Shown here piece by piece: positions 1-8,192 of a stretch of DNA of 42,406 bases. The stretch covers positions 1 through 42,406 of the IMG/VR virus record IMGVR_UViG_2663762841_000006. The stretch is one strand, 5' to 3'. Every line of letters begins with the position of its first letter. Position 1 is the first letter of the stretch. Origin of the DNA: a virus. Taxonomy: Duplodnaviria; Heunggongvirae; Uroviricota; Caudoviricetes. Below the pieces are notes generated by a model. It had not been told where the DNA came from. It did not search any database and saw only the letters and a program-made list of their open reading frames with translations. Position numbers and translations under genes: made by a program.

Positions 1-870
1 TTGCTTGACAGCTTCACCGAAAAAATGGCGCGAAATTTTCATTTCGAATATGGAACAGCGCGCGCCTGGGGATCTTTTGGCTATGCTATTGGCGCGTTCT
101 TTGCCGGCATATTTTTTAGTATCAGTCCCCATATCAACTTCTGGTTGGTCTCGCTATTTGGCGCTGTATTTATGATGATCAACATGTGTTTTAAAGATAA
201 GGATCACCAGTGCGTAGCGGCGGATGCGGGAGGGGTAAAAAAAGAGGATTTTATCGCAGTTTTCAAGGATCGAAACTTCTGGGTTTTCGTCATATTTATT
301 GTGGGGACGTGGTCTTTCTATAACATTTTTGATCAACAACTTTTTCCTGTCTTTTATGCAGGTTTATTCGAATCACACGATGTAGGAACGCGCCTGTATG
401 GTTATCTCAACTCATTCCAGGTGGTACTCGAAGCGCTATGCATGGCGATTATTCCTTTCTTTGTGAATCGGGTAGGGCCAAAAAATGCATTACTTATCGG
501 TGTTGTGATTATGGCGTTGCGTATCCTTTCCTGCGCGCTGTTCGTTAACCCCTGGATTATTTCATTAGTGAAGCTGTTACATGCTATTGAGGTTCCACTT
601 TGTGTCATATCCGTCTTCAAATACAGCGTGGCAAATTTTGATAAGCGCCTGTCGTCGACGATCTTTCTGATTGGTTTTCAAATTGCCAGTTCGCTTGGGA
701 TTGTGCTGCTTTCAACGCCGACTGGGATACTCTTTGACCACGCAGGCTACCAGACAGTTTTCTTCGCAATTTCGGGTATTGTCTGCCTGATGTTGCTATT
801 TGGCATTTTCTTCTTGAGTAAAAAACGCGAGCAAATAGTTATGGAAACGCCTGTACCTTCAGCAATATAG
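1..870 (+). CDS. cscB: LacY-family oligosaccharide:H+ symporter (MFS), C-terminal 289 codons only; 5' end outside window; probably sucrose permease CscB-like
   Basis: ORF open from window edge; translation aligns by eye with the C-terminal half of LacY (EKMARNFHFEYGTARAWG ~ EKVSRRSNFEFGRARMFG; YNIFDQQL ~ YDVFDQQF; GPKNALLI ~ GGKNALLL; LHAIEVPL ~ LHMFEVPF). Symbol is an inference from family plus argW-adjacent context. Confidence 0.7.
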   Translation: MLDSFTEKMARNFHFEYGTARAWGSFGYAIGAFFAGIFFSISPHINFWLVSLFGAVFMMINMCFKDKDHQCVAADAGGVKKEDFIAVFKDRNFWVFVIFIVGTWSFYNIFDQQLFPVFYAGLFESHDVGTRLYGYLNSFQVVLEALCMAIIPFFVNRVGPKNALLIGVVIMALRILSCALFVNPWIISLVKLLHAIEVPLCVISVFKYSVANFDKRLSSTIFLIGFQIASSLGIVLLSTPTGILFDHAGYQTVFFAISGIVCLMLLFGIFFLSKKREQIVMETPVPSAI

Positions 871-1312
871 ACGTAAACTTTTTCCGGTTGTTGTCGATAG
901 CTCTATATCCCTCAACCGGAAAATAATAATAGTAAAATGCTTAGCCCTGCTAATAATCGCCTAATCCAAACGCCTCATTCATGTTCTGGTACAGTCGCTC
1001 AAATGTACTTCAGATGCGCGGTTCGCTGATTTCCAGGACATTGTCGTCATTCAGTGACCTGTCCCGTGTATCACGGTCCTGCGAATTCATCAAGGAATGC
1101 ATTGCGGAGTGAAGTATCGAGTCACGCCATATTTCGCTATCAGGATTCTGTGTGATGGTTACATCGCCCGGCCCAGGGCTGTTTAGTCATCAGCGCTTTC
1201 TGACAGTGCTGAGATTTCAACCTGTTGCAGTAAAAATGAGTAGATATAAGGCAAGTGTGCTGCCAAACCCATCTTTTACGGGGTGAAGGTAGATTTCGTT
1301 TGAAGGGTATCT

Positions 1313-1326
1313 GGTGTCCCTGCAGA
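1313..1326. other. putative att core copy (left prophage junction); tggtgtccctgcag, a one-base-deleted copy of the argW 3' terminus
   Basis: Direct comparison with 41324..41338 (tggtgtcccctgcag) inside the intact tRNA. Confidence 0.55.
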
Positions 1327-1384
1327 CATCTACTTGACGCGGCAGGGGATTGATTAGAATGGTGTTTTTTAGATGTGAGAAATA

Positions 1385-1404
1385 TTTTACCCGCTATTTT
1401 ACCC
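1385..1404. repeat. two direct copies of TTTTACCC (1385..1392, 1397..1404), putative integrase arm-type binding sites
   Basis: Same 8-mer occurs three more times at 41163..41207 beside the int start; five copies of an 8-mer within the two att-flanking regions is far above chance. Confidence 0.5.
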
Positions 1405-1599
1405 ATTGGCGCGGCTTAAGAGCTTATTTTTGAATTCACAATGGTCACGATATAACCATCTTGCTCGCCCGTGGATAACTTTGGCTTTAGGCAGGTCTCC
1501 GGACTTAATCCGGTCATATATGAAGGTTTTACCGAAGCCAGTATCAGCCATGATGAATTTCAAATCAACCAGGGAATCAGGCTGTAGTTCGTGTTGCAT
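1399..1599 (-). CDS. AlpA-family HTH DNA-binding protein, putative excisionase/Xis
   Basis: 66 aa; motif LKFIMADTGFGKTFIYDRIKSGDLPKAKVIHGRARW typical of AlpA/Xis-type MerR-like HTH; sits next to the att core and arm repeats. Confidence 0.65.
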   Translation of the reverse strand: MQHELQPDSLVDLKFIMADTGFGKTFIYDRIKSGDLPKAKVIHGRARWLYRDHCEFKNKLLSRANG

Positions 1600-1722
1600 G
1601 AGTGCTATCTCCGAATAGGGAATCGAACCTGCAAATCAGGTAATAAAAAAACCGCATTGATGCGCCGATGGTAGGTCTGGATATCTTGATAAATGAAAAT
1701 GCCTCATCGAGTGTGAGGCGGG

Positions 1723-2067
1723 TTAATCCTTGCGTAGCTCGCTGATTCTTCTGTAAGTCTCTGGTGCTTTGTTCCCGTACGTCTTCATTTCAGACTTCAA
1801 CAGAGCAACGAGTGAATCCCATTCGTTGAGGATTCCTTTGAATGCCGGAACGCGCTTTGCAACCTTGTCGAATGAATCTCTGATTTCTGGAATCTGCTCA
1901 ACAAGTGCAACGCATCGCCGAAAGTCTGCTGCGTCATGTGGAGCACCGAAGCTATGACCATAGATATTCTTTTTCAGTCCACATGCGATTGAGGCAAGAG
2001 TTGCGCTACTGATGCCAACATCGCCAGTCGATTGCCATTTCAAAACCTTCATAGCCAAATCTGACAT
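1723..2067 (-). CDS. hypothetical early-region (ea) protein, 114 aa
   Basis: ORF with GGAGA Shine-Dalgarno before the ATG at 2067; the track ORF extends to 2094 but lacks an RBS there. Confidence 0.5.
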   Translation of the reverse strand: MSDLAMKVLKWQSTGDVGISSATLASIACGLKKNIYGHSFGAPHDAADFRRCVALVEQIPEIRDSFDKVAKRVPAFKGILNEWDSLVALLKSEMKTYGNKAPETYRRISELRKD

Positions 2068-2081
2068 TTCTTGTCTCCAAT

Positions 2082-2102
2082 AAAAAACCGCCATCAGGCG
2101 GC
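2082..2102 (-). terminator. rho-independent terminator-like hairpin (ccgcc/ggcgg) followed by U-run on the minus strand
   Basis: Plus-strand aaaaaaccgccatcaggcgg; lies between two co-directional early-left genes, consistent with a terminator overridden by N antitermination. Confidence 0.45.
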
Positions 2103-2167
2103 TTGGTGTTCTTTCAGTTCTTCAATTCGAATATTGGTTACATTGTTTTCATATATGAATAAATAAA

Positions 2168-2347
2168 TTAGCTTTTTCCGTTGCCTTCGCGATCTTTATT
2201 AATTTTGACAAACTCGTTTTTACCACGCTCTCCAAATGCGTCTTTAGAGTCGTTGTATCCGCAATCGCAGCACACATAATCACCAGACCATCCACGCATT
2301 GTTTTTTCTTTTGCAATATTTCCAGAACCGCATTTTGGACAAGACAT
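2168..2347 (-). CDS. small zinc-ribbon protein (CPKC...CCDC), 59 aa
   Basis: Two CxxC pairs; GGAGG Shine-Dalgarno 7 nt before the internal ATG at 2347, so the track start at 2380 is rejected. Confidence 0.5.
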   Translation of the reverse strand: MSCPKCGSGNIAKEKTMRGWSGDYVCCDCGYNDSKDAFGERGKNEFVKINKDREGNGKS

Positions 2348-2443
2348 ATCACTACCTCCAAAGCATGAGTGAGATGACAACGTAACATTGATTGGAGATT
2401 AACAATAGATTGCTGATGTAAAAGATATGTATAAGCTTCGCTT

Positions 2444-3013
2444 TCAAAGTGGAGGCTCTGGTAGCGGCATCCAGTGAGTTACGTCATCCAAGATATTTCC
2501 TGATAAATACGTGAAAGCTCTATATTTTTTGTAATCAATTGGATTTACAACCCAGTTCCAATATGCGGCCACGATTTCACCTTGACTAAATGCCAGTAAC
2601 ATTTTGGTGTCTTCCGGCATTCGATCACTACAGCTTATCCAACCATCCTTAATGCAATTACCTTGACTCTGAAGCATAGCGGCACGACAGGCGTTCCATC
2701 CGACAGCTTTTCCGTGTTCAAACGCGCTGTCAAAGTCATCATCCATTTCCATCGCAGCAGGCACAGATACCGGCGCTGGCGGTGCGGTGTAAACGGCCAC
2801 GTGAGTTGAACTGTATCGATAGGCTTCACGGTCATTCGACAACCCGCAACTGCCTGTTTTCTCATATGCCGCTTTATGCACATATCCATATGGCTCCGCT
2901 TCGAGCGATGCCAGCGCGATACGCGCCAGCTCAGCCGCTTCGTCATCTTGAACGCAATACCATGCGTTTCCAGATGCTAATTGTTCCAGACGTTCTTTGG
3001 GAATAGTGCTCAT
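2444..3013 (-). CDS. phage early-region protein with DUF551-like C-terminal domain
   Basis: 189 aa; C-terminal DGWISCSDRMPE...HWMPLP motif recalled from DUF551 phage proteins; AAGGAG RBS; ATGA overlap with upstream gene. Confidence 0.5.
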   Translation of the reverse strand: MSTIPKERLEQLASGNAWYCVQDDEAAELARIALASLEAEPYGYVHKAAYEKTGSCGLSNDREAYRYSSTHVAVYTAPPAPVSVPAAMEMDDDFDSAFEHGKAVGWNACRAAMLQSQGNCIKDGWISCSDRMPEDTKMLLAFSQGEIVAAYWNWVVNPIDYKKYRAFTYLSGNILDDVTHWMPLPEPPL

Positions 3014-3447
3014 GATGCCTCTCCTTTACCTGCTTCGGTGACGTTTATTCCAGCGTTGTGCAGTGCCTCAAGAACCTGATGCTGCCTGTAAACCATTTCA
3101 GTGTGGTAAGGCTCGTCAAAATCGACGCGATGCAACATGCTATAGCATTGCGGAAGCACAACCTCCCGCAACTGCAGCTCAGCAATGCGCTTCTCTGCGG
3201 CTTCCAGCTCAACACGCAGTTTCCCTACCGTTAGCGCAATTTCCTCGTTCTCCTGATCGCGGAGTTTGATGTATTGCTGGTTCCTTTCCCGTTCATCCAG
3301 CAGTGCCAGCGCGATATCTGGCGAAAAGTGCTTCATAAAATCGTTAAGCGCATTAATTCGCTGATCGAAAGGCATTACAGGTGCTTCACCAGCAATTTTT
3401 GTTTTTTCAGCGATTTCACGAAGCTTTTGATAATCAATCTTGCTCAC
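3010..3447 (-). CDS. Ead/Ea22-like protein
   Basis: 145 aa, coiled-coil-rich; GTG start with AAGGAG RBS; family assignment from recalled similarity to lambda Ea22-type proteins. Confidence 0.5.
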   Translation of the reverse strand: MSKIDYQKLREIAEKTKIAGEAPVMPFDQRINALNDFMKHFSPDIALALLDERERNQQYIKLRDQENEEIALTVGKLRVELEAAEKRIAELQLREVVLPQCYSMLHRVDFDEPYHTEMVYRQHQVLEALHNAGINVTEAGKGEAS

Positions 3448-3611
3448 TGCTTGACTCCTTTACGCCACATCGCATTCAGATATTTGTTGTCATTAACAGA
3501 ACCGAAACTCTTCCTTTTAAGCAATTCCTCTCTCGATGGCATTGGCTTTACGCGTTGGCGAATAATCATTTCTGCCGGAAGAATGCCGGGATTGTATGCA
3601 AGTCCTCTCAT
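3444..3611 (-). CDS. hypothetical small early protein (55 aa from the RBS-supported ATG)
   Basis: GAGGA RBS before the third in-frame ATG; track start at 3644 has no RBS. Confidence 0.35.
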   Translation of the reverse strand: MRGLAYNPGILPAEMIIRQRVKPMPSREELLKRKSFGSVNDNKYLNAMWRKGVKQ

Positions 3612-3621
3612 GGTAAATTCC

Positions 3622-3918
3622 TCAGTCATTACTGATAGCGCCATAGCGTGAGCGGTAATTACGCAGGCGCGGGTCGATATATTCAGGGAAGTGGGTATAT
3701 ATGGATTTGCGGAATGGTCGGATTGATGTTTCGTTTATTCGGTCTTTTTCCTGTTTTTCTGCGAGTTGTATATCGCGTCGGTACTTCCGTTCTTCTTTTG
3801 TTTCCGGTGGCAGAGCAAGAAACGCGTCGAGATTATTCTTGATATTTTCCAGCACCTCCGATATGGAATTGCCGGAACAGCGGCGCGGGTCGTCCGCACC
3901 ATATAGAGGCGCTGGCAT
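3622..3918 (-). CDS. hypothetical early protein, 98 aa
   Basis: AGGAG RBS before ATG; tightly packed in the early-left operon. Confidence 0.45.
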   Translation of the reverse strand: MPAPLYGADDPRRCSGNSISEVLENIKNNLDAFLALPPETKEERKYRRDIQLAEKQEKDRINETSIRPFRKSIYTHFPEYIDPRLRNYRSRYGAISND

Positions 3919-3934
3919 GGTTTTCTCCTGTTGA

Positions 3935-4483
3935 TTATTTAGCTAACTTTTTCCAGATCGCTGAAACGTATTTGGCTTGGTGAATGGCATCATCAAGCGC
4001 GTTGTGGCGAGTTCCTTTGAATGGCATATCTCGCTTAGGGTCGAATCCTATTACCTTCCCAAGTTCGACGATTGTTCTTACGTCGCGGTCATTCCACCAC
4101 TGCCACGGAACTGGCTGCCCTGTCAGTGAATAACTGTTTCGGAGAATAACGCAGTCAAATGATGCTCCATTCCCCCAAACCTGAACGAATTTGTGGTTAG
4201 CGTTCTTTATGATGAATTCAGATAACCATGAAAGAGCCGTTGAAAGCTCTTGAGTGTTGCTGGTTAGCGATTTTCTGGCTTCTTCACTCTGTTCCATCCA
4301 CCATAAAATCGTTGAAGCGTCAGGACGCGCCCGATATCGCATTGATGACTCAAGCGAGATATTTACCGAGAACTCTTCTCCTGTTTCTCCGGTATTCGGG
4401 TCAAAGAATACCGCACCAATAGAAATAACTGGCGCATATGGCCCGTTGCCCATTGTTTCAAGGTCAACCATTAAGTGATTCAT
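3935..4483 (-). CDS. DnaQ-like (DEDDh) 3'-5' exonuclease
   Basis: 182 aa; N-terminal MVDLETMG (DxE) motif and C-terminal H...D motif typical of DEDD exonucleases. Confidence 0.65.
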   Translation of the reverse strand: MNHLMVDLETMGNGPYAPVISIGAVFFDPNTGETGEEFSVNISLESSMRYRARPDASTILWWMEQSEEARKSLTSNTQELSTALSWLSEFIIKNANHKFVQVWGNGASFDCVILRNSYSLTGQPVPWQWWNDRDVRTIVELGKVIGFDPKRDMPFKGTRHNALDDAIHQAKYVSAIWKKLAK

Positions 4484-4491
4484 GTAAGTCC

Positions 4492-4971
4492 TTAAATTGC
4501 GTGAATAGCGTGACGAGGGAAGGGGAGAGTTACTGGTTCCTCGTCTGGGTAGATAGGTTTGTTATGTTTGTGCCACTCGACATGACATGACTTGCAGAGC
4601 CACATCACATCGGTTGGTTTGCTGTAGTCGCAGTGGTGCGCCTGTGGTTTACATTCTGATCCGCAGCACTCACATTGTGGTGGTCGGATTAGCTTACCGT
4701 CGCGCAAAAAATTACCCACAATGATGTGGGCTTTTCTTTTCCATGGGTTGCTCTGAATGAACCGCTTTTTGGCTGCGTTACACCGTTCTCTTCCGCGTTC
4801 CGATGATTGATATTCTCTCCTTGCTGATACTCGATGTGGCAATCCAGCGCGTTCTTTGTCGTATTCAGCCAGGCAAGCCCGGCAAGCGGCAGTTAATCCA
4901 TCTCTGGATGCTCTTCTGATTTGAAAGTCCCTTTCTTCCTTCTGTTGATGGCATCTTGAGCAGACTTTCAT
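4492..4971 (-). CDS. HNH endonuclease-like zinc-finger protein
   Basis: 159 aa; several CxxC pairs and HHCDYSKPTDVMWLCKSCHVEWH HNH-type motif. Confidence 0.6.
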   Translation of the reverse strand: MKVCSRCHQQKEERDFQIRRASRDGLTAACRACLAEYDKERAGLPHRVSARREYQSSERGRERCNAAKKRFIQSNPWKRKAHIIVGNFLRDGKLIRPPQCECCGSECKPQAHHCDYSKPTDVMWLCKSCHVEWHKHNKPIYPDEEPVTLPFPRHAIHAI

Positions 4972-4980
4972 ATTCAGCTC

Positions 4981-5454
4981 CTAGAACGGAATATCCGAAT
5001 CGTCGAAGTTCATAGGTGGTTCGCTGTGATTCCCCTGCTGCTGAGATTGCTGTCTTTGTTGCTGACCGTTATTTCGCTGATGTGAAGACTGTTCATTGCC
5101 TCCTTGTTTGCCACCAAGCATTTGCATGGTTCCACCAACGCCCACGATGACTTCGGTAGTGAACCGATCCTGTCCACTTTGATCCTGCCATTTTCTTGTC
5201 CGCAATTTGCCTTCAAGATAAACCTCAGAGCCTTTTCGCAGATATTCGCTGGCAATTTCTGCCAGTTTCCCGCTCATTACCACGCGGTGCCACTCCGTCT
5301 GCTCCTTTTGCTCTCCAGTTTGCTTATCACGCCATTGTTCTGACGTAGCAACTGTAAGGTTTGCAAATGCCGTTCCTGATGGTGAATATCTGATTTCTGG
5401 ATCATGCCCAAGGCGACCAATAATGATCACCTTATTTACGCCTCTGCTTGCCAT
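4981..5454 (-). CDS. ssb: single-stranded DNA-binding protein
   Basis: 157 aa; OB-fold N-terminus ([15 protein letters not shown]...), Gly/Gln-rich linker, acidic DDSDIPF C-terminal tail. Confidence 0.9.
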   Translation of the reverse strand: MASRGVNKVIIIGRLGHDPEIRYSPSGTAFANLTVATSEQWRDKQTGEQKEQTEWHRVVMSGKLAEIASEYLRKGSEVYLEGKLRTRKWQDQSGQDRFTTEVIVGVGGTMQMLGGKQGGNEQSSHQRNNGQQQRQQSQQQGNHSEPPMNFDDSDIPF

Positions 5455-6162
5455 TTATGCCGCCTGTTTTAGTTCGTTAACTCTGATGTTCATTACCTGA
5501 ACGCATTTAGCCTGCGCATCCTCATTGCCAGCCATTAATTGCCAGTCATGCTGATAACGCTCGATGAGTTTTTTCTTGTCAGTTTCTTTCGATGCAAAAT
5601 CGCTGAAGTCTTTCAGGATTTGTTCGTAGTCAACCGATGGAGATTTCTGGTTGGTATTTTCTGGTGATGGTTTGTTATCTGATGCTGGGATTGCCCATCC
5701 CGGCAGCGATGGAGGGAGCCAGTAAAATCCTGTTCCATCCTTGAGTTTTGCCCTGTGCCATCCCTGCTTTTTATCGAGAGATGTTTGTGCAAAACCTTCC
5801 TCAAGGTTATACAGATACCGACCGATTCCCCACTGAACGGCAGCGCGCTTCATTGCACCGGAACGACCGCCTTTGACGGCTTCTACCTGCGTGTTTTCAG
5901 CAGCATCCCATTTGGTTACCCATTCGGAATCAATCTTGATTGATATGCCGCATTCAACTCCGCCGTTGTTGGGAATATCGCGGTATTCATTGCGCCATCC
6001 TGCTTTGCCGCAAACATCGTCCAGGCGCTTCATGATTGCCCGGTTCGTGACATAAGCCAGCACCATAGCCCACACCTTGCCATCGCGTGTTTTACCGCTT
6101 TGCTGTATTCGCCATTCGATATCTTCAGGGCTGAATGGCTCATCGAATTTGTTCAAATCCAT
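5455..6162 (-). CDS. single-strand annealing recombinase (Rad52/Sak-like family, inferred)
   Basis: 235 aa directly upstream of ssb in the recombination module; family recalled from memory, not verified by profile search. Confidence 0.5.
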   Translation of the reverse strand: MDLNKFDEPFSPEDIEWRIQQSGKTRDGKVWAMVLAYVTNRAIMKRLDDVCGKAGWRNEYRDIPNNGGVECGISIKIDSEWVTKWDAAENTQVEAVKGGRSGAMKRAAVQWGIGRYLYNLEEGFAQTSLDKKQGWHRAKLKDGTGFYWLPPSLPGWAIPASDNKPSPENTNQKSPSVDYEQILKDFSDFASKETDKKKLIERYQHDWQLMAGNEDAQAKCVQVMNIRVNELKQAA

Positions 6163-6261
6163 AATTCACCTCAGAATGGACACGGCCCAAGGAAATAACG
6201 CTGATTTAATACTTCGACTCGGGACAAATTAAGGCATACCCGCATTCCTTCGCGGTCACCA

Positions 6262-6420
6262 TTATGGCGATACCAGAGAGCTTTCTGCGTGTACATGCGT
6301 CTCTGTAACTTGCTCTCCTTCACTGTGGTTGCAAGTGACATGAATATCTCCTTCGTTACCGATTAATTCTTTCATCTGACGAATGAATTCTTCGTCTGAC
6401 CAGTTATCTGTAAAACTCAT
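6262..6420 (-). CDS. small hypothetical protein, 52 aa (below the ORF-track cutoff)
   Basis: Manual translation MSFTDNWSDEEFIRQMKELIGNEGDIH...; start overlaps the stop of the upstream Kil-like ORF (ATGA). Confidence 0.3.
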   Translation of the reverse strand: MSFTDNWSDEEFIRQMKELIGNEGDIHVTCNHSEGEQVTETHVHAESSLVSP

Positions 6421-6569
6421 TTCCTGCGATACCACGGAAGGTTGATAGCTGATTTCATAGCTTTATTTGCTTCAAGCCACATTTTTGAATCACCAATAAA
6501 TCTGGCTATTACTGCTTTGTTCTGTGCTGCACGAAGCATCTGGTGATTAATGGCTATTTCATTGCGCAT
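6417..6569 (-). CDS. Kil-like small protein (50 aa), putative host cell-division inhibitor
   Basis: Manual translation MRNEIAINHQMLRAAQNKAVIARFIGDSKMW...; IA(R/T)FIGD(S/E)KM(W/F) resembles lambda Kil as recalled; position between CIII-like gene and recombinase fits. Confidence 0.4.
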   Translation of the reverse strand: MRNEIAINHQMLRAAQNKAVIARFIGDSKMWLEANKAMKSAINLPWYRRK

Positions 6570-6688
6570 AACGCCTCCAGTTGTTTCTTTGCTGCTCTGA
6601 TTAATTGTTTAACTCGGCGTGATAATTCAGATTCGTGCGGGTAGAAAGCGGACATGACGCCGCTACCCGCGAGCTGAAAGTGCATCAT
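6554..6688 (-). CDS. CIII-like small protein (44 aa), putative FtsH inhibitor
   Basis: Manual translation MMHFQLAGSGVMSAFYPHESELSRRVKQLIRAAKKQLEAL; resembles lambda CIII central region (ESLLERITRKLR); AAGGAG RBS. Confidence 0.4.
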   Translation of the reverse strand: MMHFQLAGSGVMSAFYPHESELSRRVKQLIRAAKKQLEALCAMK

Positions 6689-6763
6689 GGGTAACTCCTT
6701 ATATTTGATTGCATAACGAAAACGCCTAGAGTGAAGCGTTATTGGTATGCGGTAAAGCCGCGC

Positions 6764-7075
6764 TTAGGCGGCTGATGTTTCTTCTTTCAGGCTTTCGAGA
6801 TATTTACGTGGGTCGTCGTAACATTGGCATTCGCTGTACCAATCCACCCAGCGATCAGTAAGCCCCATCTCTGATAAATCTTCATCGGTAAGGCTCTCAT
6901 CCCACATCTCAAGGCCGTTAGCATTGCAGTAATCAGGCTTGATGTTGTTGTCATACTGAAAGGCGTCATAATCAGCCAGTGCGTCCATCAGGCGAACACC
7001 CTCTTCAACACTTGCCACTTCTGCAATGAACGGTTTCATAGGTACTTGCGGGATATGCCAGACACGTAATTTCAT
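6764..7075 (-). CDS. highly acidic 103-aa early protein, function unknown
   Basis: GGAGG RBS before ATG at 7075 (track start 7129 rejected); about 23 Asp/Glu versus 9 Lys/Arg. Confidence 0.5.
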   Translation of the reverse strand: MKLRVWHIPQVPMKPFIAEVASVEEGVRLMDALADYDAFQYDNNIKPDYCNANGLEMWDESLTDEDLSEMGLTDRWVDWYSECQCYDDPRKYLESLKEETSAA

Positions 7076-7176
7076 ATTTCCTCCGTCAAAAAAATTGCCC
7101 TCACACTGGAGGGCAAAGAAGATTTCCAATAATCAGAACAAGTCGGCTCCTGTTTAGTTACGAGCGACATTGCTCC

Positions 7177-7204
7177 GTGTATTCACTCGTTGGAATGAAT
7201 ACAC
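7177..7204 (-). promoter_or_regulatory. perfect 9-bp inverted repeat (gtgtattca/tgaatacac) with 10-nt loop, no U-run
   Basis: Seen directly; lies just downstream of the 156-aa gene on the PL transcript; possible rho-dependent or N-sensitive terminator, processing site or protein-binding site. Confidence 0.3.
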
Positions 7205-7218
7205 AGTGCTTACTCGTA

Positions 7219-7689
7219 CTAATAAAATACCCAATTTTCTGTTTCTTGGTTGTGCCCAAAGTTATATTCAATATCTGGTGTTGATGTATCAATATTCTTC
7301 ATCCCATCAACAAGAGTTGATACAACAGCCAAATCTTGTTTGATTCTCATTAAATGGTATTTCTTCCGGCGCAATAAACTTTCAATGGCAAGTTTCTTCG
7401 TTGGGAATGCAAAAGATCTTTCTGCATTTTTTGCTACTTTCTTAATTGCATATCTATTTCTCCTTTGTTTCCATTCCTGTAACCACTGATTTGGTGCTGG
7501 TTTAAAATTAACAATCCAATGCGCAGGAACCAACCATGCATAATGCTCTGTCTGATGAAAAGCTATATATTGAAGTGCGAATATTTTTATCCCATCTTCT
7601 TCAACTGTCGCCTGGAATCTCCAGAAAACAGGCATTCCATCATGTTCAGTTTCTGATTCAGGAAAAGGTACGCTCCATGATTTTGTCAT
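7219..7689 (-). CDS. AT-rich moron protein, 156 aa, unknown function, immediately downstream of N
   Basis: GAGGTGA RBS; coding sequence is visibly AT-rich (A/T-ending codons throughout) relative to neighbours; basic region KQRRNRYAIKKVAK...LLRRKKYHLMRIK. Confidence 0.55.
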   Translation of the reverse strand: MTKSWSVPFPESETEHDGMPVFWRFQATVEEDGIKIFALQYIAFHQTEHYAWLVPAHWIVNFKPAPNQWLQEWKQRRNRYAIKKVAKNAERSFAFPTKKLAIESLLRRKKYHLMRIKQDLAVVSTLVDGMKNIDTSTPDIEYNFGHNQETENWVFY

Positions 7690-7697
7690 ATCTCACC

Positions 7698-7997
7698 TCA
7701 AATAAGTGGTTTGCTGCCTAATTTCATTTTCTGGCGACCAACACAAGTCACACCCATTTCACTGCGTGGCTTGCGGTAGTAAATACGGTTCTGTTTACGC
7801 TCGACTTCATCTGCCTTCTTGCAGCGAAGGCTTACGAGTGATGCTGCTTTGTCTGCTCTGACGCAACCAGAGAGCTTTAGCGCAATCTTTCGCGCCAGTC
7901 GCTGTTCTTGCATTGCCTGTTCACGTTGAGCCTGTCTGCGTGCTCTGCGGCGATTTCTGGCGTTATCGTCAGCCAGATATGTAATGACTACTGTCAT
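7698..7997 (-). CDS. N-like transcription antitermination protein
   Basis: 99 aa; arginine-rich motif NARNRRRARRQAQREQ near N-terminus; GGAGG RBS; first gene downstream of PL/nutL. Confidence 0.6.
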   Translation of the reverse strand: MTVVITYLADDNARNRRRARRQAQREQAMQEQRLARKIALKLSGCVRADKAASLVSLRCKKADEVERKQNRIYYRKPRSEMGVTCVGRQKMKLGSKPLI

Positions 7998-8192
7998 GTT
8001 GACCTCCGATGATTGACTTTGGTGATTGGATGGCCGGTGCTGAATTCCGGCTTACTGGTTAGAGCGCCCGCACTACCAGTGACGCTGTCTTGAGGCGCAG
8101 ATTGGTTACTGCTTGCCATGAGCGCTGTTTATACATTGGTCGAGCATCAGCCTGCTCATTCATCCAATCCCAAAGCCAACTACTCTTTGGTT

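Noticed and set aside
886-935. Inverted repeat ccggttg...caaccgg after the permease gene
   Set aside because: The loop is about 20 nt and there is no U-run; too weak to call a terminator.
1140-1406. 88-aa minus-strand ORF spanning the left att junction
   Set aside because: It crosses the host-prophage junction and arm repeats, has Cys/His/Trp-rich junk composition and no RBS.
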